Assembly (NCBI GenBank): GCA_013115145.1
Contig: JAAPAO010000009.1
Span: 1-64,000 of the forward strand
DNA from: Perkinsus chesapeaki ATCC PRA-425
Taxonomy: Eukaryota; Protista; Perkinsozoa
Length of the DNA: 64,000 nucleotides
Direction: 5' to 3'
Part shown: piece after piece, positions 36,653 through 48,393 of the stretch
Layout: the number at the start of each line of letters is the position of its first letter
How positions within the stretch are numbered: the stretch's first letter is position 1
Notes under the pieces: model-generated
What the model saw: only the letters and a program-made list of their open reading frames with translations
Told to the model about the DNA's origin: nothing
Database searches by the model: none
Program-made: the position numbers and the translations under genes

Positions 36653-39600
36653 TTAAAATGGGACCAGTCTGTTAGGATTGACCCTCTCAATATCCGAGAA
36701 TGAGAACGACTTGCTCTCTGATGATGACACTACAAGTGTCTGCTTTGATGGGGCGTCCTTGCGCGGATGATTAGCGTTGCCTCCAGAATAGGCCAGCACC
36801 GACGGGTCCAGCTCCACTCGACTGTACTCAGGCTGCCACATAGCATCCTGTATCAATTTACCGATATCATCAGGAGGACTGAAGGAGAGTTACGACCCTC
36901 GGGAAAAGCATTGATCACCACCTTATCTGCGCAATGCCCGTATCGAGAGCCTCCTTGACGCAGGCTACAGCAATGGCATGGGAGAGCTCACGAATCCTGT
37001 CTATTTGGGGGTACAAGAGGCCTTGGGCCAGATCCTACAGAGCCAGGCTGATTTTTACTATAAATTTTCCGTTAGATCCTACCGTTTCAGTAACCTTCTC
37101 GGAGAGGGTCTTGGCCGCCAGGTAGAACATAGTATCGGGGATGCTTTTGAACTTGCCCACAATTGCGGCCAGACCAACTCCGGGGAAGATGTACCTGAGC
37201 TTGTGTGAACCACGCAAGTTCGATCCCTGCCACCGACATGTTGTTGCCTTGTCCAGGAATGTAAGTCTTGCCGTTAAAAGAGACGGGCTTGAAGGGTGAG
37301 CCAGTGGCGACCCATGCCTCACCGTTGGTCCACCTAACGCGACCAGTGCCCCAATAACAAAGCGCCGGCGCTAACATGTAAAGTTGCTCTGGCGTAGCCT
37401 CGGCCTTAGGCGTCGGGTTCGACAAGGCGAAAATGACCGGTGCTGGACAGTGCGAGTGCATTTCCTGAGGAAAAGGTATATCCCGGAATCCCCAAGTCTG
37501 CATGATGATACTTTGATGATTTCCTCCGTGAGCGTACCAAACTGTCCACTGAGACCTAGCAGAACCGTAGGCTTCACAACTTGAACAACTTCTAGGAGAC
37601 TGTGGAGAGGCTCGTCATCTCTACAGAACCGGACCTAACACACGACCAAGAGTCGGGCCGCCCGTTCTCGAAGGGCGGAGAGTCGAGTTCCGTGACCAGT
37701 ATTGCAATTCTCTACAGCGGCCTGTATAGCGGCACTACACGATTATTCAAGGTAGGTAAAGCAGTTTGAGGTAACATGAACGCCTTGGATGACAATAGCG
37801 ACCAAGAGTGATAATGTACTAAGCCTGATGGTAATAGGCAGTTGAAATATCATCTGCAAAGGCACGGAAGCTATCACGGGAAAGACTTTCGATTGCCGCA
37901 CAGCGAAATTCTCAACGGAGTTACGACTAAGCGCTGAATGCGTTGCCTTCCTATCTTATATTAGAAAGGAAGCTACCTTGTGCTCTTGCAGCTCTCCGGG
38001 CCTTTTCGAGGTGACAAGCCCTCTGGAATCAACCAGCCAGAACCGCTGTCTGGCCTCCTCGATGGTAAGACCTTGCTGAACCATGGCCGCCACAATGCAA
38101 TCGGCCACTCCCACAGCGGCGGATCCGGCACCGAAGAAGACAATGCGCTGGTCAGCGAGAACCTCGTGCTTGGCCCTCATGGCCGTGAGAAGGCCGGCAA
38201 GGGCCACGGAACCCGTGCCCTGGATATCGTCGTTGAAGCATAGGATCTGATCCCTGTAGCGCTGCAGCAGAGGGAAGGCATGATCGTTGGTGAAGTCCTC
38301 AAACTGGATCAGGACGCCGGGCCAACGAGATCGAACAGCATCGACGAACTCGTCAACAACGGCGTAGTACTCCTCGCCGGTGATTCTGTTGTGACGCTCA
38401 CCGAGGTAGAAAGGATCACCGAGAAGGTCCTGGTTGTTGGTACCGATATCGATGACAACAGGTACAGTACGTCCAGGGTTAATACCAGCACAGGCAACAT
38501 AAAGGGAAAGCTTACCAATAGGGATGCCCATACCATTCGTACCAAGATCACCCAATCCAAGAATACGAGAACCATCGGTTACAACGATAATATCGGCATC
38601 ACGGACATTGCTGTTCCATACGACTTGTTTGAAGTTGCCTTTTTCAGAGAGATTGAAGTAGATACCGCGGGAGCCCCTAAATATTCTATCAAAGTCCTTA
38701 CAAGCCTCCCCAACAGACGGTGTGTAGACTATCGGCATCAAACGGGTAATGTTATCGAGCAGCAGACGGAAGTACAAGGTCTCGTTCCTATTGTGAACCC
38801 CCTCCAAGTAGATATAGCGGCCAATGTCAGTGTCCTTAGTATCCAACTGCTTGAGACATCTTTGCACTTGCACATCAATATCGAGCACCTTCGGCGGCAG
38901 TAACCCTACGAGACCTAGCTCTTCCCTTTCGACCTCGGTGAAGGCCTCGGCTTTGTTATATACCGGGTTTCTCATGAGGTGAAGGCCTCTCTCGTAGACA
39001 GTAGCCACCTTGCCCGACTCAGGACCAGATAATCTCACGCCCGGAGTGTTCATTGGATCGATGACGCCCATTTGGATTTGAAGCAGGACTTGTCTGGCCG
39101 AGTTAAGAAAAGCATCTCGAACCCGCTGTCCGGCCTTGGCGGAGGTCTCCATGAACAGAATGCCATTTGATCTAGCAAAGGTGGCGGCCTCCTCAGCAGG
39201 AACTTCACGACCGAGAAGATCGGCCTTGTTACCGATAAGAACCTTGGTGACGTTCTTGTTGAGAGTTGGTAGATTTTCCTTTATAAACTCGATAAGCTCC
39301 TCGTAGGTTTTACGCTGTCCGACGTCGTAAACAAAAAAGATAACGGCGGAGCCTCTGCAGTAGGACGCGGTGAACTTGCCCCACACAGTGTCCCAAATCT
39401 GCAGCTTCACTCTGTTCTCGTCTAGATTGATAATCGTCTTTGAAAACTCCACACAGTCGGTCGGAGTCGAGCTCACCCTAAAGACATTCTCGGTAAACAT
39501 CAACCTCAGATTCGTCTTCCCGACCCCGGGTGGGCCTACTAGGGCATACTGGAGGGCATGAGTCCAACGATGGAGGTGCGGCGAGGCGCTCTGGCGATGG

Positions 39601-39749
39601 TAGAGCTCAGCCAGGACCAAGTGGTACCATTCAATAAGGGCCTCGGTCGGCGCAGCGGCCACTATGTCGTCCATAGGTAGCATGCGAACATCAAAGTTGG
39701 CTTTACTGCCATTGGCAGCACCTTGCTGAACCACATTGATTGAGGGCAT
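36653..39749 (-). CDS. Rab2-like GTPase domain-malic enzyme fusion protein, copy 1
   Basis: One 597-codon uninterrupted frame contains [19 protein letters not shown] and ETSAK, then [47 protein letters not shown] and GAGSAAVG. Later short exons give [24 protein letters not shown] and MWQPEY. Confidence 0.9.
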
Positions 39750-40390
39750 ATCAGCCTTAACTTATACTCTAAAAGAAGACCGCGGAATAATGTTATATAT
39801 ACCACGAGAGACCCGAAAGAGCCGTGATTTGAAGGAAATATGGTACAAAAAACTCCTCGCGGCGGAGCTTCGAGCTACCTATAGTTATGACAACGCTTCC
39901 CGCTAGACATGCTTCACAGATACATCCTTAAGCATGTTCAAGGCACTAAATAGTCTTGACAAGATCATCTGCTTCTTCAAGTGCGCCACAGCGCAGCATT
40001 TCCCGAGGATGGCCACCGCCTTTAATTGAACTACTCAAATCAATAACGGTAATGACGAGTCTGAATATAAACTTAACACATCACGAGGTTGTCACTATTG
40101 CATCTCGACTCCGAAAAAATCAACTCAGGTTCCGAGGAGCCGCTGCCGTCCGCCGACCTTTTAGGCCGCAAAACAGCGACAGATTAGAAAAGAGAGGATC
40201 CATGGGTCGCTGTGACCGTCGAACAGGAAGTCTATCGAAATCCTACCCGAGACGGAAAGTGACCATAAAGTTGCCAAACAGAGGACGCGCAAGGGCGAAG
40301 AGGATGCGCCTTACGGCTAGGCAGTGCAGTAGAGTTAAGCTTAGAAAAAACGTGCCTTGAATGGTATTATGGTAGTATCAGTTACGCTGT

Positions 40391-43181
40391 CTACATGAAC
40401 TGGCTTGGGTTCACTCTCTCCATATCGGTGAACGAGAAGGCCTTGTTCTGAATGGTACCAACACTGAGCTTAGTTTTATCCTGACTAGGACCAACACCAG
40501 AGCCTTGGCCGGAGAAGGCGAAGACTGAGGGGTCCAACTCAGTGTGGGCGTATTCGGGCTGCCACATGTGATCCCAGACGAACTTGTCAAGATCGTCAGG
40601 TCGCCTAAAAAAGTGAAATTACGCACAACATAGTAGTAGTGAAAAGCTCACTTGATGCAGGCGATGCCGAGATCGAATGCCTCCTTGATGCATGCCACCG
40701 CAATGTCGTGAGAAAGTTCACGGATACGAGTGAGCTGAGGGTACAAAGTGCCGTGAGAGATATCCTCTGGGGTGACTCTCTCGGCAAGAGTCTTGGCGGC
40801 AGTGTAGAACATCGAATCAGGGATCCACTTGAACTTGCCAACAATACCGGCAAGACCGACACCAGGGAAGATGTACCTGATGAGAGACAAATAAATGGAC
40901 TAGAGATAAGGAGACGTCGCCCTACATGTTATTGCCCTGACCGGCCTTGTAGACCTTGCCATTGTAAGTAACAGGTCCGAAGGGGGAGCCGGTGCACACC
41001 CAAGCCTTACCCTCGGTCCACCTGAAGGGAGAATGAAATACAAGTCAACAACCAAGAGGAGTGACGGCTTACGTATAGAGCTGCTCGGGAGTTGCCTCGG
41101 CCTTCGGTGTGGGGTTGGAAAGAGCGAAGATGATTGGCTCTGGGCAGTTAGCGTACATTGCCTGAGAACCGAATACACAAATGTCTATCAGCACCTTTTA
41201 GCTACCTTAACAACGTCCTCAGTGAAGGAGCCAGATTGTCCACTAAGACCAAGAAGGACAGTGGGCTTGACACTCTTGACCACCTCGAGGAGGCTGGTCA
41301 TAGGCTCCTCGTCATCGCGGCAATAGGGAACCTGGAATAAGACTTAATCACTATCGAAAAGTCTTGAGCAAGTCTCACCTTATGGTCCTGCATAGTGCCA
41401 CCGCGCTTCCACGTAACAAGGCCCTTGGAATCGACGAACCAGAAACGCTTCCTGGCGTCCTCGGGCGTAAGACCATCATGAACCATGGCAGCAACAATGC
41501 AGTCGGCAATACCAATAGCAGCAGCACCGGCACCGAGGAAGACGATTCTCTGGTCCTCCAACTTCTCCTTCTTAACCTTCATAGCGCTCACAATACCGGC
41601 GAGAGCGACGGAACCAGTTCCCTGGATATCATCGTTGAAACATAGCATGCTCTCCTGATAACGCTTGAGAAGAGGGAAGGCATGATCGTTGGTGAAGTCC
41701 TCGAACTGGATCAGGACGCCGGGCCAACGAGACTTCACGGCATCGACAAACTCGTCAACAACGGCGTAGTACTCCTCACCATTGATCCTGCTGTGACGCT
41801 CACCGAGATACATGTCATCACCGAGAAGGTCCTGGTTGTTGGTACCGATATCGATAACAACAGGTACAGTACGTCCAGGGTTAATACCAGCACAGGCAAC
41901 ATAAAGGGAAAGCTTACCAATAGGGATGCCCATACCATTCGTACCAAGATCACCCAATCCAAGAATACGAGAACCATCGGTTACAACGATAATATCGGCA
42001 TCACGAACGGGACTGTTCCAAACCATCTGCTTGAAATTGCCTTTCTCGGATAAGTTGAAGTAAAGGCCGCGAGCGTTACGGAAGATATGACCGAACATCT
42101 GGCAAGCCTTACCGACCACAGGAGTGTAGACAATGGGCATCATCTCAGTAATATGGTCACAAAGCAACTTGAAGTAAAGAGTCTCGTTCCTGTCATGCAG
42201 ACTCTCCAAGTAAATGTACTTCTCAATATCATTGGAGTTCTGCAAGAACTGCTGATAGCACCTTCTGGACTGGACGTCGAGATCGAGCACCTTAGGAGGC
42301 AGGAGACCGACCAGACCAAGATCTTCACGCTCACTGTCGGTGAATGCTTCAGCCTTGTTAACAACTGAATTACGGAGAAGGTTGCTGCCGCGCTCGGTGA
42401 CAGTTTGAACCTTTCCGTCATTCCGGCCAGCAGAGCGGATACCCTTGGTGGCGTTGGGGTCTATCATGCCCATCTGGAGCTGCAAGAGTACTTGCCTGGC
42501 AGAGTTGAAGAAGCAGTCTCTGACATGAAGGCCGCTCTTGGCAGAGGTCTCCATGAACAACAAACCGTTCTCGCGGGCAAAACTGGCGGCTTCCTCAGCG
42601 GTCACTTCACGGCCGAGCAAATCAGCCTTGTTGCCGATAAGAACCTTAGTAGTAGATCTGTCGAGTGAGGGAAGAGTGTCATTGATGAACTTGACCAATT
42701 CGTCGTAGGTATCACGCCTTGTGAGATCATATACGAAGAATATGATAGCTGCACCATGGCAATATGAAGAGGTGTACTTGCCCCAGACAGTATCCCACAT
42801 CTGAAGCTTCAGTCTCTCATTGTCGATGTTGACAATGGTCTTGGAGAATTCGACACCCTTAGTAGGAGTTGAGGCAACCCGGAAAACATTCTCAGTAAAC
42901 ATGAGTCTTAGATTAGTCTTTCCCACACCAGAGGGGCCAACGAGGGCATACTGGAGGGAATAGGACCAATCGTGGAGATGGCGAGAGGTAGTCTGTCGCT
43001 GGTAGAGCTCAGAAGTGAGAAGATGGTACCACTCAATCAGAGCCTCAGTGGGAGCCGCGGCGACAATATCCTGCATAGGTAGCAGGCGCACATCAAAGTT
43101 GGCCTTGCAGTTGACCGTCTGAACGCGGGTAGGCACAGAGAGCGATGCTGATGCAGACTTCTTAACAGTATTAGATGCCAT
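40391..43181 (-). CDS. Rab2-like GTPase domain-malic enzyme fusion protein, copy 2
   Basis: One 627-codon uninterrupted frame contains [22 protein letters not shown] and ETSAK, then all malic enzyme core motifs ([13 protein letters not shown]). Later exons give [24 protein letters not shown] and end ERVNPSQFM*. Confidence 0.9.
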
Positions 43182-44059
43182 GACAGGCTATGAAAACAGA
43201 GTAGCTGAAAAGGAACAATACAGACTGATAACCCGGTCAACTGGAAGATACTTTTTGAGGTCGTTCGATGACCGTTCCCAAAAACTCTACCCTTCCCCAT
43301 ACACTGATATCCAACGAGGATGCTGAGCTTGCTCGAGGGGCGCTAGTAGTGCGGAGTATCTTTTTAGCTAGATTCCGGTTAGCGCCAGAGACATCAAAAC
43401 ACAGGGAATCTTTAGAGACAGAGACAGGGGTGAAGATCGACAATCAACTCAGCAAAGAGACGCTCAGATTTTTTGGTGCCGATGTGCTCGTTTTTTGAGT
43501 TTAGCAGCTCTCCTTACGTAATGGGAGTATTTCCAATGGTATTCCTCATGGAAACTTGTGCAGAGGAGACAAGCAGAAGCCGCTCATCGTAGTCGGTCCA
43601 AGTTTTAAAGAAAGACGCAGACTCAGATCTCACGTTCGATCCTGGGCATAGGTATTTTTCTCGTATTTTTTGATGTTCATGACAACTCAAAAATAACTTA
43701 TTGGGTCTCTATCAACCATTTCTCGTATTATTGCACTATCTTGTAATTGTTCGCGTTGCGCTGCCTCCATCGGTTCCCTTTAATCTCCTGCTATGGGCGC
43801 GATTGAGCTAGTAGAGACCCCTCCAAGTACTACAGGATGAACCAATCATCGTAGAGGCTTGAATAGTAACCCTAGTATACTTAAAACCGTCATATGGCTT
43901 GATCATGGGCAGTGTTTTGCATCGCTTATCGAAGCAGATGAAAACGGGACATTTTTGTCCACAACGGCAATTTACCTCACCTCGTAGATCGTCCTAACTG
44001 CGTCTGCGACTTTGTGAACCTTATTTCGAGTTGTTCCGGTTAAATCTGACTTTTCAATC

Positions 44060-44309
44060 ATGATGATGCCTCCATCCCAATCCAATCTCCCTGCGCCCAT
44101 CCGTAAGGTTCAAAAGGCTGCTGGCGACCTTTGGACCCATGGAGGCCACCAGGCTTTCCACTACACCGTCATCCCCGCAATCTTTGCCTATGGTAAGTCT
44201 GTCTTTAATTCTCGCGCCACCATTGCCCTTTGCTGTTACAGGCCTTTACCAAGCGAACGAGTTGACACTAAACCCTGTGGAGCTCTTCCAGAAGATTGTG
44301 TTTTCTTAA
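44060..44309 (+). CDS. Small two-exon membrane protein, Tom7-like (mitochondrial outer-membrane translocase subunit)
   Basis: Splicing 44193-44241 gives ...GGHQAFHYTVIPAIFAYGLYQANELTLNPVELFQKIVFS* (~66 aa). FHYTVIPAIFAYG resembles the Tom7 aromatic-xx-IP-xxxx-YxG transmembrane motif. Confidence 0.5.
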
Positions 44310-44505
44310 GCAGCCTAAGGCTTTTAAGAAGGGCTAAGTTACCATTGAAGACCTCGTTTCCGGTTCCCGTACTTTGGTTAAGTCGGTCAATTGCTCGATG
44401 AACTTCTGTGTAGGTTTCGAGTGTGTTTGGTTATTTTCGAGCAATCACCGCCGTCGGCGTGCCTGTCTGTCTAGTCAACCTCCTTACTTGATACTATTCC
44501 GCATT

Positions 44506-46855
44506 ATGGAGAAATCTAATCTCATTGTTAACTACCTCCCGTCGCACATTCAAGAGGGTGACCTTGCCGAGATGTTCGAGCCTTTCGGGGCCTATCAGTC
44601 TGTTAAAATCGTAACGCTCTTCCACCTCGGCAGTTCCCCGTCTCTCGGGCCTTCTCAGGTCCGGGATAAGAATACCGGGATGTCCATGGGCTTCGGTTTC
44701 GTCAACTTCGAAGAGAACGCCTCCGCTGAGGCGGCTGTTAAGGAGCTCAATGGTCTGGAGCTGCCGCAGCATCCTGGCTCATGGCGAGGGCCTGGGTAGC
44801 CCGAGGTGTTCTTTGCACTGCTGAGTTGGTGGCATCAGATCTAAGCCGATGAAAAAGATAAAGGTGAGCATCGCAAGACCCGCTTGGAAGGCCAACATTC
44901 ACAGCAACCTGTAAGAACGAGCAGGTCGTCCGAGGTTAGTACGCGAGCTTGGAAGATACGTCGCTAACATCCCGCCAGAGTACGACGCCGAGCAAATTCG
45001 GGCGTTGTTTGGACCGGTCTATGGGCCGCAAATTGAGCACCTCAGAATGCTCAGAGACAACAGCGGCGGTAAAGTCCCTCCCGGTAACTAGGCCGTGGAA
45101 TTGAACACTGGAATGTTGCGTTTCAGAGCTGAACGACGAGGAGGATACAGGTTCTAATAACAGAGGCAAATTCAGAGGGATAGCGGTGATCAGGCAAGCC
45201 GATTTCAGTCGGCAAGGCGTTTCCGAATCCTCCCGGCGCAGGTTCGATACCGAGGAGAATGCTACTGCCGCTATGGAGAAGTTCAACGGGACTTGTGTAA
45301 GGCACCTCATCGAGTAGTTGAAGCATCTCGTCCTCCAGGTACCGGACATGCCGGAGTCTCACCCTGCACTGCAAATCAAACCATGGCGGCCTGAGTTCCG
45401 AGCTGACAGGGTGCCGCAGGGTAAGGCAGTTGGATATTCTAAGCAGAACTCCAGAGTAGCTGCCAAGGCCTGGGTCTGCTCGCTATGTAATTTTTAGGGG
45501 TCCTCCTCAAGCGATCAGACCAATCGGTCGGGCGAGGCGCACGGGTAAGCTCTGATGCGCTTGCCTTTCTATTGTAATAATATCTCAGTCGATCAAGAAG
45601 GAGCACTGCAAGCCGCTCGTCTGGTAAGACGACTGTCAGTGACCGTTGGGGATGCCCCGTCACTAGGCACAAGCGCGGCCTTGGCGGCGGCGTTGGGAGC
45701 CGGCGCAGCGGCCACTCAAGAGGCCGCCAATAAAAGCGGTAAAGCTTCTAGCAATAATCGAAAATGGGTCAAAGGAGTTCCTAAATTACCAATTGATGTC
45801 GGAGTTACTCTTACGAACGGTGCTTGATATATATCCTGCAGAGCGGTGCGATGGAGGAGTCCCCGTGGGCGGCGGCGTTAGATCCCAGCGATAGGAGCTG
45901 CCGGCCTTCGGCAAGAAGCCGCTTTTCTGGGTAGCATGGTGATTTAGTCACAACGGCCAGATGTTTTGATGTCTCGCAGTCGTTCAAGCTCCAAAAGGGC
46001 GACTGCCAGCCACGATGAAGGTTTACAGAGAGCGACTATTGATGGGATCAGCATCCTTCGGCCTTCCCAGTACTGCCCGCCTAGTGGACGCCCTCATTTC
46101 GCGTTTCAGACTGCCCATCGCCCCTGCAAGCGATGAGGCTGCAGCCCCTGGAAGGGGGGCTGTCAACGAATCTACCGCGTCGCCATCGACTAGTCATTGC
46201 TCGCTACCTTGCCGCGATTGTCAGTATCACCACAGCTACTGCGGGGCAGCACAAGCTCCTCCTGTTGTTAATAGTGTTGTCCTTCCCGGGCATTACCCGA
46301 ACGGTAGGTAAGCTTCGCTTATTAAGCCTCATAGAGATAGCAGGTGCAGCCGGAACATCAGCATACTGTACACCTATCAAACAAGCATCGCGGGTACGTT
46401 AACTATTGGAATCTCATCAAGTAGTCGTCTCAGGCTGCATTCGAAACCCCCGGTAGAGATGCTCCTTCTGTCATTGCTCCGATTACGATATCACCACAGC
46501 TAGAACACGGCATGAAAACCCTTTTCTATGACCAACCGGGTAAGTCGACAATTTCGGGATGATATCGTCATACGAGCTGCTAGGTATCGTTTCTTCTAGC
46601 GTGCAGATCGGTCCCGACAGGAGCTGGGGTTGTGCAAGTTTCAGTAGTCTTGGAGACGCCGAGCATGCCGTTCGGTCTCTCTACGGTGCGAACTTGTTCG
46701 CTTCAATACGGCATAGTTGTAATCTAGGCGCTCAAGTGGCAGATGGTATGAAGCTCTGCGTGGAGCTTTTCCCTTATTCGAGCCAGTTCGACAACACCGC
46801 CAGTGTTCATCAATTTAAAAGGGCATCATCCTCACCAGTTCCCACGCCTTGTTGA
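44506..46855 (+). CDS. ELAV/Sex-lethal-like multi-RRM RNA-binding protein, multi-exon
   Basis: SNLIVNYLP (RNP2); VRDKNTGMSMGFGFVNF (RNP1); AVKELNGL; IKVSIARP; further RRM-like exons at ~44960-45300 and ~46450-46790. The 3' end is approximate. Confidence 0.8.
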
Positions 46856-47613
46856 GCCTTGGCAGGTTTAAGTCGTGTGTTGTGATGATATCGGTATTGT
46901 CGTCTAACGTCTCATCAATTCACTGCATGCATCCATTGTCTTCTCATTCATCTAATTGGACTGCTTCATCGGAGTCTAACATGTCCCACTGTGAAGTGAT
47001 ACCCCCATCACGGGCTAGTTCCACGTGCTTTTCTGTACTTAAGCTGTTTGGGTTGCACGCAAGTTCAGTGTTATACGAGAGGATACGACTACAACACGCT
47101 AACTAGAATTGGGGTTCGAAAGGGTCTAATACTGTCGATAACTCGATGACAAGAGTTTTTACTGGCGGAAGTGAACACTAAAAGCTACTGGAGTTGGGCG
47201 CGACTAAGTTTCACACAACGACGGCCGTAGGTTTACGAGAGGGGATAGTGATATTGTTCGCCGCTTATGGTCGACATAGAACACGTCGATCTGAAAGACA
47301 GCTTTGAAGGGGCAACTTTCTTTTGTGCAGTATAAACCCCCTCTTTCATTAACATGATATCTGATATTAACCTGATCTGGCTTAACTGAGCGCAACACTA
47401 TTTGAATAGGTGCTAGCAGCTAGTTGAACCCTGCTGAGTACGACTGTCTAGGGCTGAGGCTAACAACAAAAAAGCAAAGAGTCTTCGTTTCCTCATTACC
47501 CTACGATAGTGCTACTAACAAGTTGGGAATCGCCAAATAACGGCTCCCAGATAGATTTTCGACCATGACGGGAAAGATTATAGTTTATAAAAGGCTGTTG
47601 TACGGTTCTTCAG

Positions 47614-48393
47614 CTAAGCCATGGCGGCATCTTGACAGCACTGGTTCCTAACACAGTAACCAGTGGTGTAACCGTAGAGATCGGCCAAACTTGCAACCAT
47701 GCCACGTCCATACTGCCTATCAATATTGAAATAAGCACAGAACGCTTTTAGATCATCTCGAACACGCCTTAAGTTACAGAGGAATCTGACTCTGTCATAA
47801 GCAAACCTCTCAACACGGGGTAGAACATCTTTGGTACACGTGGTAACAGACCTATAGGTTACCCGGGGGCAATAAGGGAAGTTCACGAGGTTGACAAGCC
47901 GGCCCGGAATGATCGGATTGAAGAACGAGTCGTAGGCATTCCTCGACGAGCACTTATTGTCTTCGATGCAGGTGGCAGTAGCAAGTTGACGAGAACGAGA
48001 GCGGTGGGACAGATAACCATTAAAAAATTGGTCGAGAGAAGCAATCCTTCTTTGTAGGAAATCGCAGAACCTTTTAGCTGTATCCAAGGCGAGCGGGCCC
48101 AGGCATGCTTCACGGACTTGCTGCACGAAGAAGTTGGTCGTCGATGAGCTGAACACCTCCACACATTTGCCGCATGAAGAATAGCGATCGGCCCTTCTCA
48201 GCGTGTCACCGTCGACTTGCTCTACCAATGAGCGCAAGTTACTAGGTGGGAAAGGGTGGGCCTCGATCACGTCATCGACGAAGTTGTGGACTTCTGGGTC
48301 ACCGAGTAGAGCAGTTAAGTTACCAATAGCACTGTCGTCGGTCTGGCCTGGGGCCATCACGAGCATACTTAGGATGAGTAGAGGAGATATCAT
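47614..48393 (-). CDS. Secreted protein with two tandem saposin-like domains, copy 1 (intronless)
   Basis: Signal peptide MISPLLILSMLVMAPG; CxxC...C...C...CxxxxxC spacing (CGKC, REAC, RFC, TCIEDNKC); a second six-Cys unit follows. Confidence 0.75.
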   Translation of the reverse strand: MISPLLILSMLVMAPGQTDDSAIGNLTALLGDPEVHNFVDDVIEAHPFPPSNLRSLVEQVDGDTLRRADRYSSCGKCVEVFSSSTTNFFVQQVREACLGPLALDTAKRFCDFLQRRIASLDQFFNGYLSHRSRSRQLATATCIEDNKCSSRNAYDSFFNPIIPGRLVNLVNFPYCPRVTYRSVTTCTKDVLPRVERFAYDRVRFLCNLRRVRDDLKAFCAYFNIDRQYGRGMVASLADLYGYTTGYCVRNQCCQDAAMA

